DNA of 64,000 bases from an uncultured Poribacteria bacterium (GTDB taxonomy: Bacteria; Poribacteria; WGA-4E; WGA-3G): contig CATQHZ020000001.1 of NCBI GenBank assembly GCA_958296135.2, forward strand, positions 1,056,001 through 1,120,000, in the 5' to 3' direction. Positions 63,701 to 64,000 of the stretch are shown piece after piece. The first letter of the stretch is position 1. Every line of letters begins with the position of its first letter. Both the position numbers and the translations under genes were made by a program. The notes under the pieces were generated by a model. It saw only the letters and a program-made list of their open reading frames with translations. It ran no database searches and was not told where the DNA came from.

Positions 63701-64000
63701 ATGAATAGGCACTTTTTTTACAGGGGGCTGCTGGGCTGTGTGCTGAGCGTTTTCGTGCTTATGCCCATCGCCAGTGCGCAAGAATCTCCCACTACAAAGA
63801 TATACTGGGCGAGACCCGGGCGCATCGGGTGTGCGAATCTTGATGGCTCAAACCCTCAGGACCTGCTTCGTGCAGGACAGGGATGGGTGATGTCTCTCGC
63901 GCTAGACGCTGCTCGCGGCAAAATGTATTGGCGTGAATATGGAGCGGGGACAAATATGATTCGTTGTGCGAATCTTGATGGCTCAAACCCTCAGGACCTG
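63701..64000 (+). CDS. Secreted LDL-receptor class B (YWTD-like) repeat protein, 3' partial; absent from the ORF track
   Basis: AAGGAG RBS. Reads MNRHFFYRGLLGCVLSVFVLMPIASAQ...KIYW...CANLDGSNPQDL...LALDAARGKMYW...CANLDGSNPQDL. Confidence 0.85.
   Translation, partial: MNRHFFYRGLLGCVLSVFVLMPIASAQESPTTKIYWARPGRIGCANLDGSNPQDLLRAGQGWVMSLALDAARGKMYWREYGAGTNMIRCANLDGSNPQDL

Noticed and set aside
63830-64000. Two identical ~36-bp repeats resembling a CRISPR array
   Set aside because: The intervening sequence is about 100 bp, everything lies in one open frame encoding YWTD-like blades, and no cas genes are present.

Overview
GC-rich bacterial chromosome segment. The gene content (secreted LamG proteins sharing a C-terminal 'K(L/F)TTTWAx(L/I)K' tail, an LDL-receptor YWTD repeat protein, CRTAC1/ASPIC FG-GAP proteins, many TPR proteins, an orphan BMC vertex gene) suggests Candidatus Poribacteria; this is an inference. 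About 55 CDS are present, including clpB, recQ, larC (split by a -1 frameshift at an A10 run), a UGA-containing UGSC selenoprotein, a cysK-cysH-sulfur carrier-JAB-NIL cysteine cluster, two restriction-modification fusion genes, and TRAP and MacAB-type transport genes. No rRNA, tRNA or CRISPR array was seen. The best candidate for an undescribed system is 22765-27505 on the minus strand: three repeated upstream boxes, a consensus sigma-54 promoter, a ~500-nt hairpin-rich leader, a secreted acidic 47-aa peptide with symmetric C-x6-C-x10-C-x6-C-x10-C-x6-C spacing, three membrane-anchored unknowns, and a sigma-54 activator gene. Also notable: several GTAG-type REP families sit in frame inside proteins (ClpB, RecQ, an RM enzyme and others), one sigma-70 factor has a duplicated region 1.2-2, and a 1.4-kb cassette is flanked by a duplicated gene 3' end.
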